Positions 1-9,357 of a DNA stretch of 64,000 bases are shown piece after piece. The notes under the pieces are model-generated. The model had not been told where the DNA came from, did no database searches, and saw only the letters and a list, made by a program, of their open reading frames with translations. A program made the position numbers and the translations under genes. Each line of letters opens with the position of its first letter. Positions within the stretch are counted from its first letter, which is position 1. This DNA is from Candidatus Bathyarchaeota archaeon (lineage in GTDB: Archaea > Thermoproteota > Bathyarchaeia > Bathyarchaeales > Bathycorpusculaceae): positions 1-64,000 of the forward strand of contig CAVZPM010000034.1 in NCBI GenBank assembly GCA_963777155.1. Reading direction: 5' to 3'.

Positions 1-227
1 GTGCAATTTCTATAGTACTAGGAATAATTCTAATTTTTGTCACCTAATTTCTCGAAACCAATCTTGCTTAACTATATTTAGTATTTAGAGGCTCTATTGC
101 AGTTAAAAAGTGATGGCATCTGTTTCTTTATTTTCAGTCATAATATGAAAAGTTTAAACGTTTCTGGTTTGCGTTTTGTGAAAAAGCTTTTCTATAACTT
201 GAAGAGAATACCAATTGGAGGGTAATT

Positions 228-1217
228 ATGCCGAAGTTTCAAGTGTACAAAGATTCTGCAGGCAACTTTCGTTTTCGCCTCCGAGCAGACAACAACAAAA
301 TAATAGCAGTAGGGGAAGCATATGAACAGTACGCTGGCTGCGTAAATGGAATCAAGAGTATTCAAAAGAATTCCAACGCACCAATAGAAGATACTACCGT
401 TGAAGGAGAGCGATTTTCAAACCCCAAATTCCAAATCTACAAGGACAACGCTGGAAAGTTTAGGTTCCATTTAAACGCTAGAAACGGAGAGATTATCGCC
501 GATAGCAGCGAAGGATACGAAACAAAAGATGCATGCCTCAACGGCATTAATGTGGTAGGGCAAAGTAGCACTGCCGAAATCAAAGACCTAACCGAATCCG
601 AAGAATCAACTATAGCAAAGACCGAAGATATTGCCCCGACAATGTCTTCAGAAACAAACACACCCCAAAGTATTGAGATGTCTAAAACAGAAGGAAGCAT
701 AGCAGGGCAAAGTGGTAATGCCGGAATCAAAGATCTAACGCAATCCGAAAAGACAGAAGCAGAAAACATTGAAGGCACGGCAACGGCAATGTCTGCAGAA
801 AAAAACGTATATCAAAATCTTGGTACACCCAAACCCGAGGTGAATGAAATGGTTAAAGAAGATGAAATGTTAGCTGAATTAAAGAAAATCCGTGAAGCTG
901 TCGAAAAAGCGCCTCCGCCGGCACCGCCTAAGGGTTTATGGAATGAATTCAAAGACTTCCTGTCAAAATACAAAATCTTCGGTCTTGCCATCGCTTTTAT
1001 CATCGGCTTGTACTTAGGTATATTAGTTCAAGCGCTTGTCAAAGACTTACTGTTGCCTGCGATTGGCTTGCTTATTCCTGGCATGAACAATCTGGCAGAG
1101 TATAAAGCAGGAGCATTTGGAGTCGGCGACTTCCTGGTAGCTTTGATAACATTCCTAATCGTTGCCCTAATCGCATTCATAGCAGTCAAAGTCGTCAAAA
1201 AATGGAACATAGAATAA
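228..1217 (+). CDS. mscL: Tandem DUF1508 (YegP/UPF0339) domains + 2x49-aa acidic repeat linker fused in frame to an MscL-family mechanosensitive channel
   Basis: Two copies of FQ(V/I)YKDxAGxFRFxLxAxNxxII..GE.Y; C-terminal NEFKDFLSKYKIFGLAIAFIIG...LVKDLLLP...GDFLVALITFLIVA typical of MscL; GGAGG RBS before 228; second RBS GAGGTGA before ATG 849. Confidence 0.8.
   Translation: MPKFQVYKDSAGNFRFRLRADNNKIIAVGEAYEQYAGCVNGIKSIQKNSNAPIEDTTVEGERFSNPKFQIYKDNAGKFRFHLNARNGEIIADSSEGYETKDACLNGINVVGQSSTAEIKDLTESEESTIAKTEDIAPTMSSETNTPQSIEMSKTEGSIAGQSGNAGIKDLTQSEKTEAENIEGTATAMSAEKNVYQNLGTPKPEVNEMVKEDEMLAELKKIREAVEKAPPPAPPKGLWNEFKDFLSKYKIFGLAIAFIIGLYLGILVQALVKDLLLPAIGLLIPGMNNLAEYKAGAFGVGDFLVALITFLIVALIAFIAVKVVKKWNIE
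558..851 (+). repeat. Two degenerate 147-nt (49-codon) tandem repeats within the linker
   Basis: GQSSTAEIKDLTESE..TMSSETN..QSI vs GQSGNAGIKDLTQSE..AMSAEKN..QNL; units start at 558 and 705, ungapped. Confidence 0.8.
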
Positions 1218-1350
1218 ACTCCAATCTATTTTTTTTCTTTTCAGATTTTCATAACTAATTTTGCCTTCGATCTCTAAATTATTTTCCCAATAATAGGGCT
1301 GTAATAGAACTACACGCCGGGATATCCTTGGGTTACTAAAATAGGTGAAG

Positions 1351-1428
1351 TGGCGGGTCCGACGGGAATTGAACCCGCGACCCTCGGATTAAGAGTCCGA
1401 TGCTCTAGCCTGACTGAGCTACGGACCC
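1351..1428 (-). tRNA. tRNA-Lys(CTT), intronless, CCA encoded
   Basis: Reverse complement GGGTCCGTAGCTCAG..TCGGA-CT-CTT-AA-TCCGA..GGTTCAATTCC..CGGACCC-G-CCA forms a cloverleaf. Confidence 0.95.
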
Positions 1429-1655
1429 GCACGATTCGCTTTTAAAAAAAGGTTCCATTGAGCAATATAGAGCTTGTGGTTTTGCCTTTGTAACAATATG
1501 CAGTGAAGACTGATACACAGAGACGCTCGAGATTCAATTGTTTTTTATTATCGCGATTAAGTAACTAATTGCTATTTACTTCTGGATATAAAAAACTACG
1601 TTTAATCGAATGCTTAAATATTTTCTTAATCCACTCAAACTAAGAGGAAACCACG

Positions 1656-2129
1656 ATGCCATATGAGCAAAAAATCGTCTTAAACCCAATCGGCTACGTT
1701 AAGACAATCGCTGTCGGAGATGCAGTTAGGGAAAAAGCATTAATTTCCCAGATTGTTTTGCGCGATGAATTGGTTGATGGTTTAAAAGGCATTTCCGGCT
1801 TCTCACATTTGTTTGTGCTCTTCTACCTAAACCAAATTACAGATGACCAGCGCAGGACTTTACGGGTTCATCCAAGAGGCAGGATGGATCTGCCGCTGAC
1901 AGGTGTTTTTGCCGTTAGAACAATGCTGCGACCCAACCCGATTGGTTTAACGGTAGTTGAATTGGTTAGTGTGGAAGATAACATTTTGACGGTTAAAGGG
2001 TTGGATGCGTTTGACGGTACACCTGTGCTTGACGTTAAACCTTATGACCAATGGGACATTGCAGAGAATCCCAAAGTTCCCAGTTGGTGGCTTAAGCTGC
2101 AAGAAGACAAGCAAAAGAAACTAGAGTAA
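1656..2129 (+). CDS. trmO: tRNA m6t6A37 methyltransferase TrmO/TsaA family
   Basis: PIGYV, FSHLFVLF, GVFAVR..RPNPIGLTVV, GLDAFDGTPVLDVKPY motifs. Confidence 0.9.
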   Translation: MPYEQKIVLNPIGYVKTIAVGDAVREKALISQIVLRDELVDGLKGISGFSHLFVLFYLNQITDDQRRTLRVHPRGRMDLPLTGVFAVRTMLRPNPIGLTVVELVSVEDNILTVKGLDAFDGTPVLDVKPYDQWDIAENPKVPSWWLKLQEDKQKKLE

Positions 2130-2621
2130 CTCGTTAATGCCGTATCTTGAATCAATGGCTTTCAACAATGCGTTTCTGAGGGCTTCACCCTTCAACTCAT
2201 CTGCCTTCAGATTTCCAACATCAGTAGCTAGCTCTGGATCCCTGCAGACTTCCTTTAGCCAGTTTTCAAAGTCTCCTCTATACAGGTGAAACTCTAGCGA
2301 ATCAGCAATGACTTGTTTTGTGAACCTGTAAAACTCCGCAAGTGACTGGGCAGAGAAACCTATTGGTTTGTCTATGCCGACGTAAAACTGAAAACTAACT
2401 TCGCTGGCAAAGGTTGTGAATGCTTTGATAGTGTTTCTGCCTTTTTCAGTTAACCCAAATCCTCCACCTACCTTGCGTAGGAATCCTTCTTTTGCGAGTT
2501 CCTGCACTTCTGCTAAGGTTTGATTTGGGGTTAATTCTACGGCTTCTGCGAACATGTTCAGGTCCATGCGGTTTGTGGCTTCGTTCATTGTTTTTAGAAT
2601 TTTGATGTACGTTTCTTTCAA
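2121..2621 (-). CDS. Winged-helix domain + DUF5752-like domain protein
   Basis: ELAKEGFLRKVGGGFGLTEKG wing motif; FxFY..A.SL.EF..SLEFHLYRGDFENWL. Confidence 0.65.
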   Translation of the reverse strand: MKETYIKILKTMNEATNRMDLNMFAEAVELTPNQTLAEVQELAKEGFLRKVGGGFGLTEKGRNTIKAFTTFASEVSFQFYVGIDKPIGFSAQSLAEFYRFTKQVIADSLEFHLYRGDFENWLKEVCRDPELATDVGNLKADELKGEALRNALLKAIDSRYGINELL

Positions 2622-2740
2622 AAGTTTTCGCCTCGGTACATCTAATACTGAATCAGAGAAACTTAAATGTATTAATGCTGGCGGCTTGTCAATTGCAAGT
2701 TTATTTATCTTGAGAACTCACACTTAGTAAGTGAATAATT

Positions 2741-3061
2741 ATGAATACCGATTTCATCCTTGTTTTAGTTACAACTCCAAGCAAGATCGAAGCTGAAAAG
2801 ATAGTGCAAAAGCTTTTAGAAGATAAACTGATTGCTTGCGGCAACATAATTCACCCTGTCACCTCCTATTTTCATTGGTCGGGGAAAATTGATTGTGCAG
2901 AAGAATGCTTGGTTGTTTTGAAGTCACGGATGAAATTGTTTGAGTCGTTGGTGGAGTGTGTGAAAAATTTGCATAGTTATGAAGTTCCTGAGATTCTGGC
3001 ACTTCCGATCGTGGCTGGTTCTGAAGCTTATTTAGGTTGGATGGGTGGAGTCCTCAAATAG
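2741..3061 (+). CDS. cutA: Divalent-cation tolerance protein CutA
   Basis: LIACGNI, SYFHWSGKI, LHSYEVPEILALP. Confidence 0.92.
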   Translation: MNTDFILVLVTTPSKIEAEKIVQKLLEDKLIACGNIIHPVTSYFHWSGKIDCAEECLVVLKSRMKLFESLVECVKNLHSYEVPEILALPIVAGSEAYLGWMGGVLK

Positions 3062-3064
3062 TAA

Positions 3065-3110
3065 TGTACATTTCTGTACTGATAAGCCTTAAATAACACA
3101 TCTCTGTATG
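3065..3110 (+). promoter_or_regulatory. trp promoter (TTAAATA) with candidate paired TRP boxes
   Basis: TGTACA-N4-TGTACT at 3065-3080; TATA-like CTTAAATA 3088-3095; degenerate copy AACACA-N4-TGTATG 3095-3110. Confidence 0.5.
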
Positions 3111-3171
3111 GTTGTGAACTAACAGAGTGTGAATAAAATGGGGAATCGCCTTTGGCCCAACAAACATCGCA

Positions 3172-5133
3172 ATGAAACCAGTTAATCCCCTAAACATCAG
3201 GAAAATCACCCTAACCCAACCACCACTAGAAGTATTCTCAAAACTCCAAACCAAATACCAAAACCTCTACCTTCTTGAATCAATCGAAGGACCTCAAAAA
3301 CTCGCCCAATACTCCTTCATAGGATTTGACCCAAAAACAATCATCCGAATAACAAGCGGCAAAACCAAAATAACGAATAACCGAACACACCAAGAAACCA
3401 TCCAAACGGACAAGCGACCCACTAATTTTTATCCGAAAAATCCTCGAAAAAGATGCCCTCCAAAACGACCAATTTCGATTCATCGGTGGTGCAGTCGGCT
3501 ACATCTCTTACGATGCTGTACGCTACTGGGAAAAGCTGCCCCAGAAAACTGCAGCTAAGGGTTTTCCTGATGTGGAGATGGGAATTTTTGACGATGGCCT
3601 AATCTTCAACCATGTTGAAGGACAAACTTTCTACTATTACCGCGGTGAAAGCCGTCTGGGCGAATTGGAAGAATTACTAAAAGAACCCTCTAAGCCTGAG
3701 TCATTTTCTGTTTACACAGCCAAAGGTGGAAACAGAAAAGAAACAATATGAAAAAGCCGTCGAAAGAGCGAAAGAATACGTTAATGCTGGCGACATCTTT
3801 CAAGTTGTCCTGTCTAAACGTTTCGAGTTCCAAATCCAAGGTAGTCTGATTCCCTTCTACGAAGCACTTGCGCACTATAAACCCTTCACCATACATGTAT
3901 TACCTCAAATTCGGCGAACACCAAATTGTGGGTTCCAGCCCAGAAATGCTCATCCGAGTTGATAACCGTATGGTCGAAACCTTCCCGATTGCAGGAACAA
4001 AACCCATAGCGCAGAACCGTGCGGAAAACAGCCGATTAGCCAGCGAATTGCTCGCTGACCCCAAAGAACGCGCTGAACACGTTATGCTCGTTGATTTAGC
4101 CCGCAATGATCTTGGCAGGATTTCCAAGTATGGCAGCGTTAGCGTACCTGAATTCATGAAGGTACACCAGTACAGCCATGTGCAACACATCGTCTCCCAG
4201 GTTGTGGGCGAATTGAAGGATGAGCTGCAAAGTTACGATGCAGTCCGCGCTGTGTTTCCTGCAGGAACGGTCTCTGGAGCTCCCAAGGTACGAGCGATGG
4301 AAATCATCGACGAACTTGAGCAGTCCCGACGTGGACCTTACGCTGGCGCAGTTGGCTACTTCTCCTACAACGGAAACGCTGACTTTGCCATAACAATCCG
4401 TACTCTTTTCGCCGACAAGAACCAAGCTTACTTGCAAGCAGGTGCGGGAATCGTTGCGGATTCTGTTCCAGAACGCGAATGGATGGAAACTGACCATAAA
4501 GCTGAGGCATTGATGAGGGCACTTAAGGTAGCAGCAGGAAAAAAACCCCTAAAAGTCCTTGTTATCGACAACTATGATTCGTTCGTTTACAACCTTGTCC
4601 AATACATAGGCGAACTAGGCGCTCAAACGGTTGTTTACCGAAACAACGAAATCACCCTTGAAGAAGTCGCCAAGCTTAAACCCGACAGAATCGTGATTTC
4701 GCCGGGTCCAGGCACACCAGAAGACGAAAAATACTTCGGCGTCTGCACCGCAATTCTCCGCAACCTCAGCCCAAACATCCCCACGTTGGGTGTTTGTCTA
4801 GGTCACCAAGGAATAATTCACGCCTACGGCGGAAAAATTGTCCACGCCAAAAAACTTATGCATGGCAAAACCTGCGTTATAAAACACGACCAAAAAGACC
4901 TATTCAAAGGAGTCCACAGCCCCTTCAACGCAACAAGGTACCACTCCCTTGCGGGTGAACGAGACTCGATTCCTTCTTGTCTACAGATTACCGCTGAAGC
5001 CACAGATGATGGTGAAATCATGGGTATACGTCACGTCAAATACCCCATCTACGGCGTTCAATTTCACCCTGAATCAATCCTTTGCGAAGACGGCAAAGTC
5101 ATAATCAAAAATTTCTTGGAGGGCAAACAATGA
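3172..5133 (+). CDS. trpE: Anthranilate synthase component I fused to component II (TrpE-TrpG); three apparent +1 frameshifts (~3405, ~3712, ~3868)
   Basis: [23 protein letters not shown] (alternate frame), [42 protein letters not shown] then [31 protein letters not shown]. Confidence 0.88.
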
Positions 5134-6188
5134 TTCGGGAAGGTATCCAAAAACTCATAGAAGGTATTGACCTAAATTACGATGAGTCGGGCGAAATCAT
5201 GCGGGAAGTCATGTCGGGAAAAGCGACAAACTCGCAGACTGCCGCTTTCTTAACTGCACTGCGCATGAAGGGCGAAGCCGTTGAGGAACTAATCGCGTTT
5301 GTTTCTGTTATGCGGTCTAATTGTTGCCTAATTCATCCGAAAGTACAGGGGCGTCTAGTTGACACCTGTGGGACAGGCGGGGACAAAATCAAAACCTTCA
5401 ATGTCAGTACCGCAGCAGCTTTCGTTATTGCGGGTGCTGGGGTTCCAGTGGCCAAGCATGGGAACAGGGCTGTTACAAGCAAAAGCGGCAGCGCAGATGT
5501 GCTTGAAAAACTCGGCTTAAACCTAAACCTACATCCCGAAGCCGTGCAAAATATCATCGAAAAGGTTGGGGTTGGCTTCATGTTTGCGCCAGCTTTCCAC
5601 CCAGCCATGAAGTACGCCGCAGAACCCAGACGCGAAATCGGCATCAGAACAGTATTCAACATTCTTGGACCATTAACGAATCCGGCATGTGCCAACGCCC
5701 AATTACTCGGAGTCTATAGTCCCAAGTTAGTGGCTCCATTGGCTAACTCCCTAACAAAACTGGGCTGTGAAGAAGCAATGGTTGTTCATGGGCTTGACGG
5801 GTTAGATGAGATTTCAACCGTTGGAAAAACATTAATTGCACATTTAAAAGATGGCAAAGTAGAAGAAATGGAAACAACCCCAAAGGACTTTGGTGTAAGA
5901 AAGGCAAGAGTAACTGATTTGCAAACCTGTACAGCTAAGGAAAGCGCAGAAATCATCTTTCAAATTCTAAACGGTAAAATCCCCGATGACGCCAAAGCTG
6001 AGATTGTGCTCGTTAATAGTGCAGCTGGAATTATGGTGGGCGGTAAAGCAGAAAATTTCAAAGAGGGCATGGAGATGGCCCGTAAATCAATCGCCACTGG
6101 AGCTGCTTATGGCAAGCTTAAGGCATTGGTAAAAGCTTCGGGAGAAAGTTTGTCAAAGCTTGAGGAGTTGGAATCAAAATATGAATGA
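5130..6188 (+). CDS. trpD: Anthranilate phosphoribosyltransferase
   Basis: [33 protein letters not shown]; ATGA overlap with trpG. Confidence 0.95.
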   Translation: MIREGIQKLIEGIDLNYDESGEIMREVMSGKATNSQTAAFLTALRMKGEAVEELIAFVSVMRSNCCLIHPKVQGRLVDTCGTGGDKIKTFNVSTAAAFVIAGAGVPVAKHGNRAVTSKSGSADVLEKLGLNLNLHPEAVQNIIEKVGVGFMFAPAFHPAMKYAAEPRREIGIRTVFNILGPLTNPACANAQLLGVYSPKLVAPLANSLTKLGCEEAMVVHGLDGLDEISTVGKTLIAHLKDGKVEEMETTPKDFGVRKARVTDLQTCTAKESAEIIFQILNGKIPDDAKAEIVLVNSAAGIMVGGKAENFKEGMEMARKSIATGAAYGKLKALVKASGESLSKLEELESKYE

Positions 6189-6959
6189 CTTTCTAGATAC
6201 GTTAGCAATGGATGCAACAAAAACAATTGACAGCGGATACTATCAAACATCTGTGTCCACGAAACGAGCAAAGATTAGCTTGAAAAGGGCAATCTTAGAA
6301 TGCAAAGGTAACCCCGTGATAACTGAGATTAAAGCAGCTTCGCCGTCACTTGGAACAATCCGAAACCAAGTGAACCCACAAGAAATTGCGCAAGCAATGG
6401 AAAAAGGCGGTGCCAGTAGGCATTTCTGTTTTAACTGAACCTAAACACTTCCATGGTTCCCTTATCCACACTTATTCAAGCAAGGGAAGCCGTCAAACTG
6501 CCTATACTAATGAAAGATATAGTCATTGTTGCAGACCAAATAGAAGTTGCTGCCCAGGTTGGTGCAGATGCTGTGTTGCTTATTGAAGCGCTTTTCGAGA
6601 AAGGATGTTGCGAAATGAATGTGGATAAAACTATTGCGTTTGCCCATTCAAGAGGACTTGAGGTTCTGTTGGAAACCCACAATGAGAATGAATTCAAGTT
6701 AGCATTAGAGACAAATGCTGATCTTGTTGGAATCAACAACCGCAGCCTCGCAACCCTAATCGTTGATCTGAATATAACAAAACAGATTCTGGAAAAACAC
6801 GGCAAATGCGACAAACCAGTCATTAGCGAAAGTGGCATAAAAACCAAAGCAGACCTCCAGTTCCTTCGAAACTGCGGTGCCGATGCTTACCTAATTGGTT
6901 CAAGCATTATGTTAGCTGACAACGTTGAAGAAAAAGTCAAGGAGTTTGTAGAAGCATGA
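6181..6959 (+). CDS. trpC: Indole-3-glycerol phosphate synthase; two apparent +1 frameshifts (~6414, ~6460)
   Basis: [49 protein letters not shown] distributed over three frames. Confidence 0.88.
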
Positions 6960-8152
6960 AATTAAGCAACTACCCACTTGACGGAAAATATGGCAAGTAT
7001 GGCGGACGATTTGTTCCAGAAATCCTAATGGAAGCCATAAATGAACTTGAAGTGGCTTATGAGAAAGCCAGAAAAGATCCTGAATTTCAGAGGCAACTGG
7101 ACTATTATTTAGCGGATTTTGTTGGCAGACCAACACCGCTCTACTACGCCGAAAATCTCAGCAGCAAACTGGGCGGAGCCAAAATCTACCTTAAACGCGA
7201 AGACTTAGCGCATGGCGGAGCCCACAAAATCAACAACACTCTCGGACAGGCGTTGCTGGCCAAGCGAATGGGTAAAACCCGCGTCATTGCCGAGACCGGG
7301 GCGGGGCAACATGGTGTAGCAACTGCTATTGCATGTGCCGCCTTGGGTTTGAAAGCCATAGTTTTCATGGGTACAGAGGACTGTGAACGTCAACGCCTCA
7401 ACGTGTTCCGCATGAAACTACTAAACGCTGAAGTTCACCCTGTCGAGTCAGGCACAAAAACACTCAAAGATTCCATAAACGAGGCGTTCCGCGACTGGGT
7501 AACCAACCTTGAATCGACCTATTACTTGATTGGATCCACAATGGGTCCACATCCCTACCCCATGATTGTTAGAGATTTCCAAAGCGTTATCGGCAAAGAA
7601 ATCAAAACGCAGTTCCAAGCCAAAGAAGGCAGATTGCCAGATGCGTTGGTAGCTTGTGTAGGCGGCGGAAGCAACGCCATGGGTACCTTCTACCCCTTCG
7701 AAGACGACGCGGAGGTGGAACTTTACGGGGTTGAGGCTGCGGGCGAAGGCATAGAAACAGGTAAACACGCAGCGACGCTTGCGGCAGGCTCCGAAGGCGT
7801 ATTTCACGGCATGTTCACCTACGTTCTCCAAGACAGCAACGGACAAATCCAGAATACTAGTAGCATCTCCGCAGGCTTAGATTATCCAGGCGTCGGACCA
7901 GAACACAGCTTCCTAAAAATCTCCAAACGAGCTCAGTACACTTCTGCAACGGACAAAGAAGCAGTCGATGCCTTCCTAACCTTGTGCAAGGAAGAAGGGA
8001 TTTTGCCCGCATTAGAATCCTCCCACGCCGTCGCTTATGCAATGAAGTTGGCGCCTCAAATGAAGAAGAACCAGTCCATCGTCGTTACCCTGTCAGGTCG
8101 AGGCGACAAAGACGTGGAAACAATTGCAAATTACATTGGAGCAAAAATATGA
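6956..8152 (+). CDS. trpB: Tryptophan synthase beta chain (TrpB1)
   Basis: [60 protein letters not shown]. Confidence 0.97.
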   Translation: MKLSNYPLDGKYGKYGGRFVPEILMEAINELEVAYEKARKDPEFQRQLDYYLADFVGRPTPLYYAENLSSKLGGAKIYLKREDLAHGGAHKINNTLGQALLAKRMGKTRVIAETGAGQHGVATAIACAALGLKAIVFMGTEDCERQRLNVFRMKLLNAEVHPVESGTKTLKDSINEAFRDWVTNLESTYYLIGSTMGPHPYPMIVRDFQSVIGKEIKTQFQAKEGRLPDALVACVGGGSNAMGTFYPFEDDAEVELYGVEAAGEGIETGKHAATLAAGSEGVFHGMFTYVLQDSNGQIQNTSSISAGLDYPGVGPEHSFLKISKRAQYTSATDKEAVDAFLTLCKEEGILPALESSHAVAYAMKLAPQMKKNQSIVVTLSGRGDKDVETIANYIGAKI

Positions 8153-8958
8153 GCAACATAAGCAAAGCTTTCCACAAAGTTAAGCGGCAAAACAGCGCTG
8201 CACTCATCGGCTACATCACCGCAGGAGACCCAACACCAGAAATGACCCCAAAAATCGCTGATGCACTCGTCAAGGGCGGTGTGGACATTCTTGAGTTGGG
8301 GCTGCCGTTCTCTGACCCAATTGCCGATGGGCCAACAATTCAAGCGGCAAGCTTACGCGCACTTAACGCTGGGACAACGCCGATGCGGGTGCTTGAAATC
8401 GCCAAAGAAATCAAGAGCCAACATGACGTGCCTCTCGTGGTGATGACGTACTATAACCCAGTGTTCAAGCTGGGCTTAGACAACTTCCTCTCTGCAGCCA
8501 AACAACATGGGGTAGACGGCTTTATTGTGCCCGATTTGCCCGTGGAAGAATCAGCAGACTACCGAAAAGCCGCAAAAGCGCACGATTTAGATACAATTTT
8601 CCTCGCTGCACCCTCCACCTCAAAAGAGCGCCTAACCAAAATCGTAGATGCCTCTTCAGGCTTTCTCTACTTGGTTTCCCGCTACGGTGTTACAGGCGCA
8701 CAAACAACCGTGGAAGATGCAACTGTGCAACTCATTAAGCGAATCCAACCGTTCACTGCTGGAAAAGTACCGTTAGCAGTCGGTTTTGGTATCTCAAAAC
8801 CAGAACATGTAAAACGCGTCATAGCCGCAGGAGCAGACGCCGCCATAGTTGGAAGCGCATTCATAAACATCATCCAAAATAACGCCCAAAACCAAAAAGC
8901 CATGCTAGCTGAACTGCAAACAACCGCTGCGGCTCTGAAATCTGTCACCAAGGATTAA
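8149..8958 (+). CDS. trpA: Tryptophan synthase alpha chain
   Basis: [40 protein letters not shown]; ATGA overlap. Confidence 0.96.
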   Translation: MSNISKAFHKVKRQNSAALIGYITAGDPTPEMTPKIADALVKGGVDILELGLPFSDPIADGPTIQAASLRALNAGTTPMRVLEIAKEIKSQHDVPLVVMTYYNPVFKLGLDNFLSAAKQHGVDGFIVPDLPVEESADYRKAAKAHDLDTIFLAAPSTSKERLTKIVDASSGFLYLVSRYGVTGAQTTVEDATVQLIKRIQPFTAGKVPLAVGFGISKPEHVKRVIAAGADAAIVGSAFINIIQNNAQNQKAMLAELQTTAAALKSVTKD

Positions 8959-9014
8959 ATCTTATTTTTTCAATATTGGCAAAGTTTTAAAGTGTCAATA
9001 AACTTTCTATCTGC

Positions 9015-9334
9015 GGCGATGGATCTTAGGCGGTGGGTTAGGGGTCCATTGTACCGTAAATCCCCTATATGACGGGCTAACATCTGCGGATGAGGCGTCA
9101 AAGGCCGCTTGGATCTTCATTTCCGAACCAGTGACTATCCGTCCTTTGGGGCTGGCGGTCAATGGGCGACTTCCGTAGGGAAGTTGTTTCATTGTTCACC
9201 AGGCGAACCTGGCTAGGCTCGGGAGAGAGCAACCTAAGTTTGGACGTTATGCGCTCAAGGGGGTGCGGGTAAGAGTGTAGGGTTTGGAGGCTTCCAGACG
9301 GAGTCTAGGCGTCAAACCGCAGTGGTCCATCGCT
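9015..9334 (+). ncRNA. ffs: Archaeal signal recognition particle (7S) RNA
   Basis: Ends pair (GGCGATGGATC / GGTCCATCGCT); helix 6 with GTAG tetraloop; helix 8 AGG-CTC-GGGA-GAG-AGCA SRP54-binding motif; TTTTAAAG promoter ~25 nt upstream and T-tract downstream. Confidence 0.9.
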
Positions 9335-9357
9335 ACTTAATTTTTTAAGAAGAAAAA

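Noticed and set aside
1351-1430. tRNA-Lys as an integration site
   Set aside because: I noticed no duplicated tRNA 3' end and no integrase in the window
3400-6470. Programmed frameshifting or attenuation in trpE/trpC
   Set aside because: No common slippery site or Trp-codon context, and the same +1 defects occur in unrelated genes, so sequencing error is more likely
9007-9192. 61-aa minus-strand ORF
   Set aside because: Antisense to the SRP RNA; spurious
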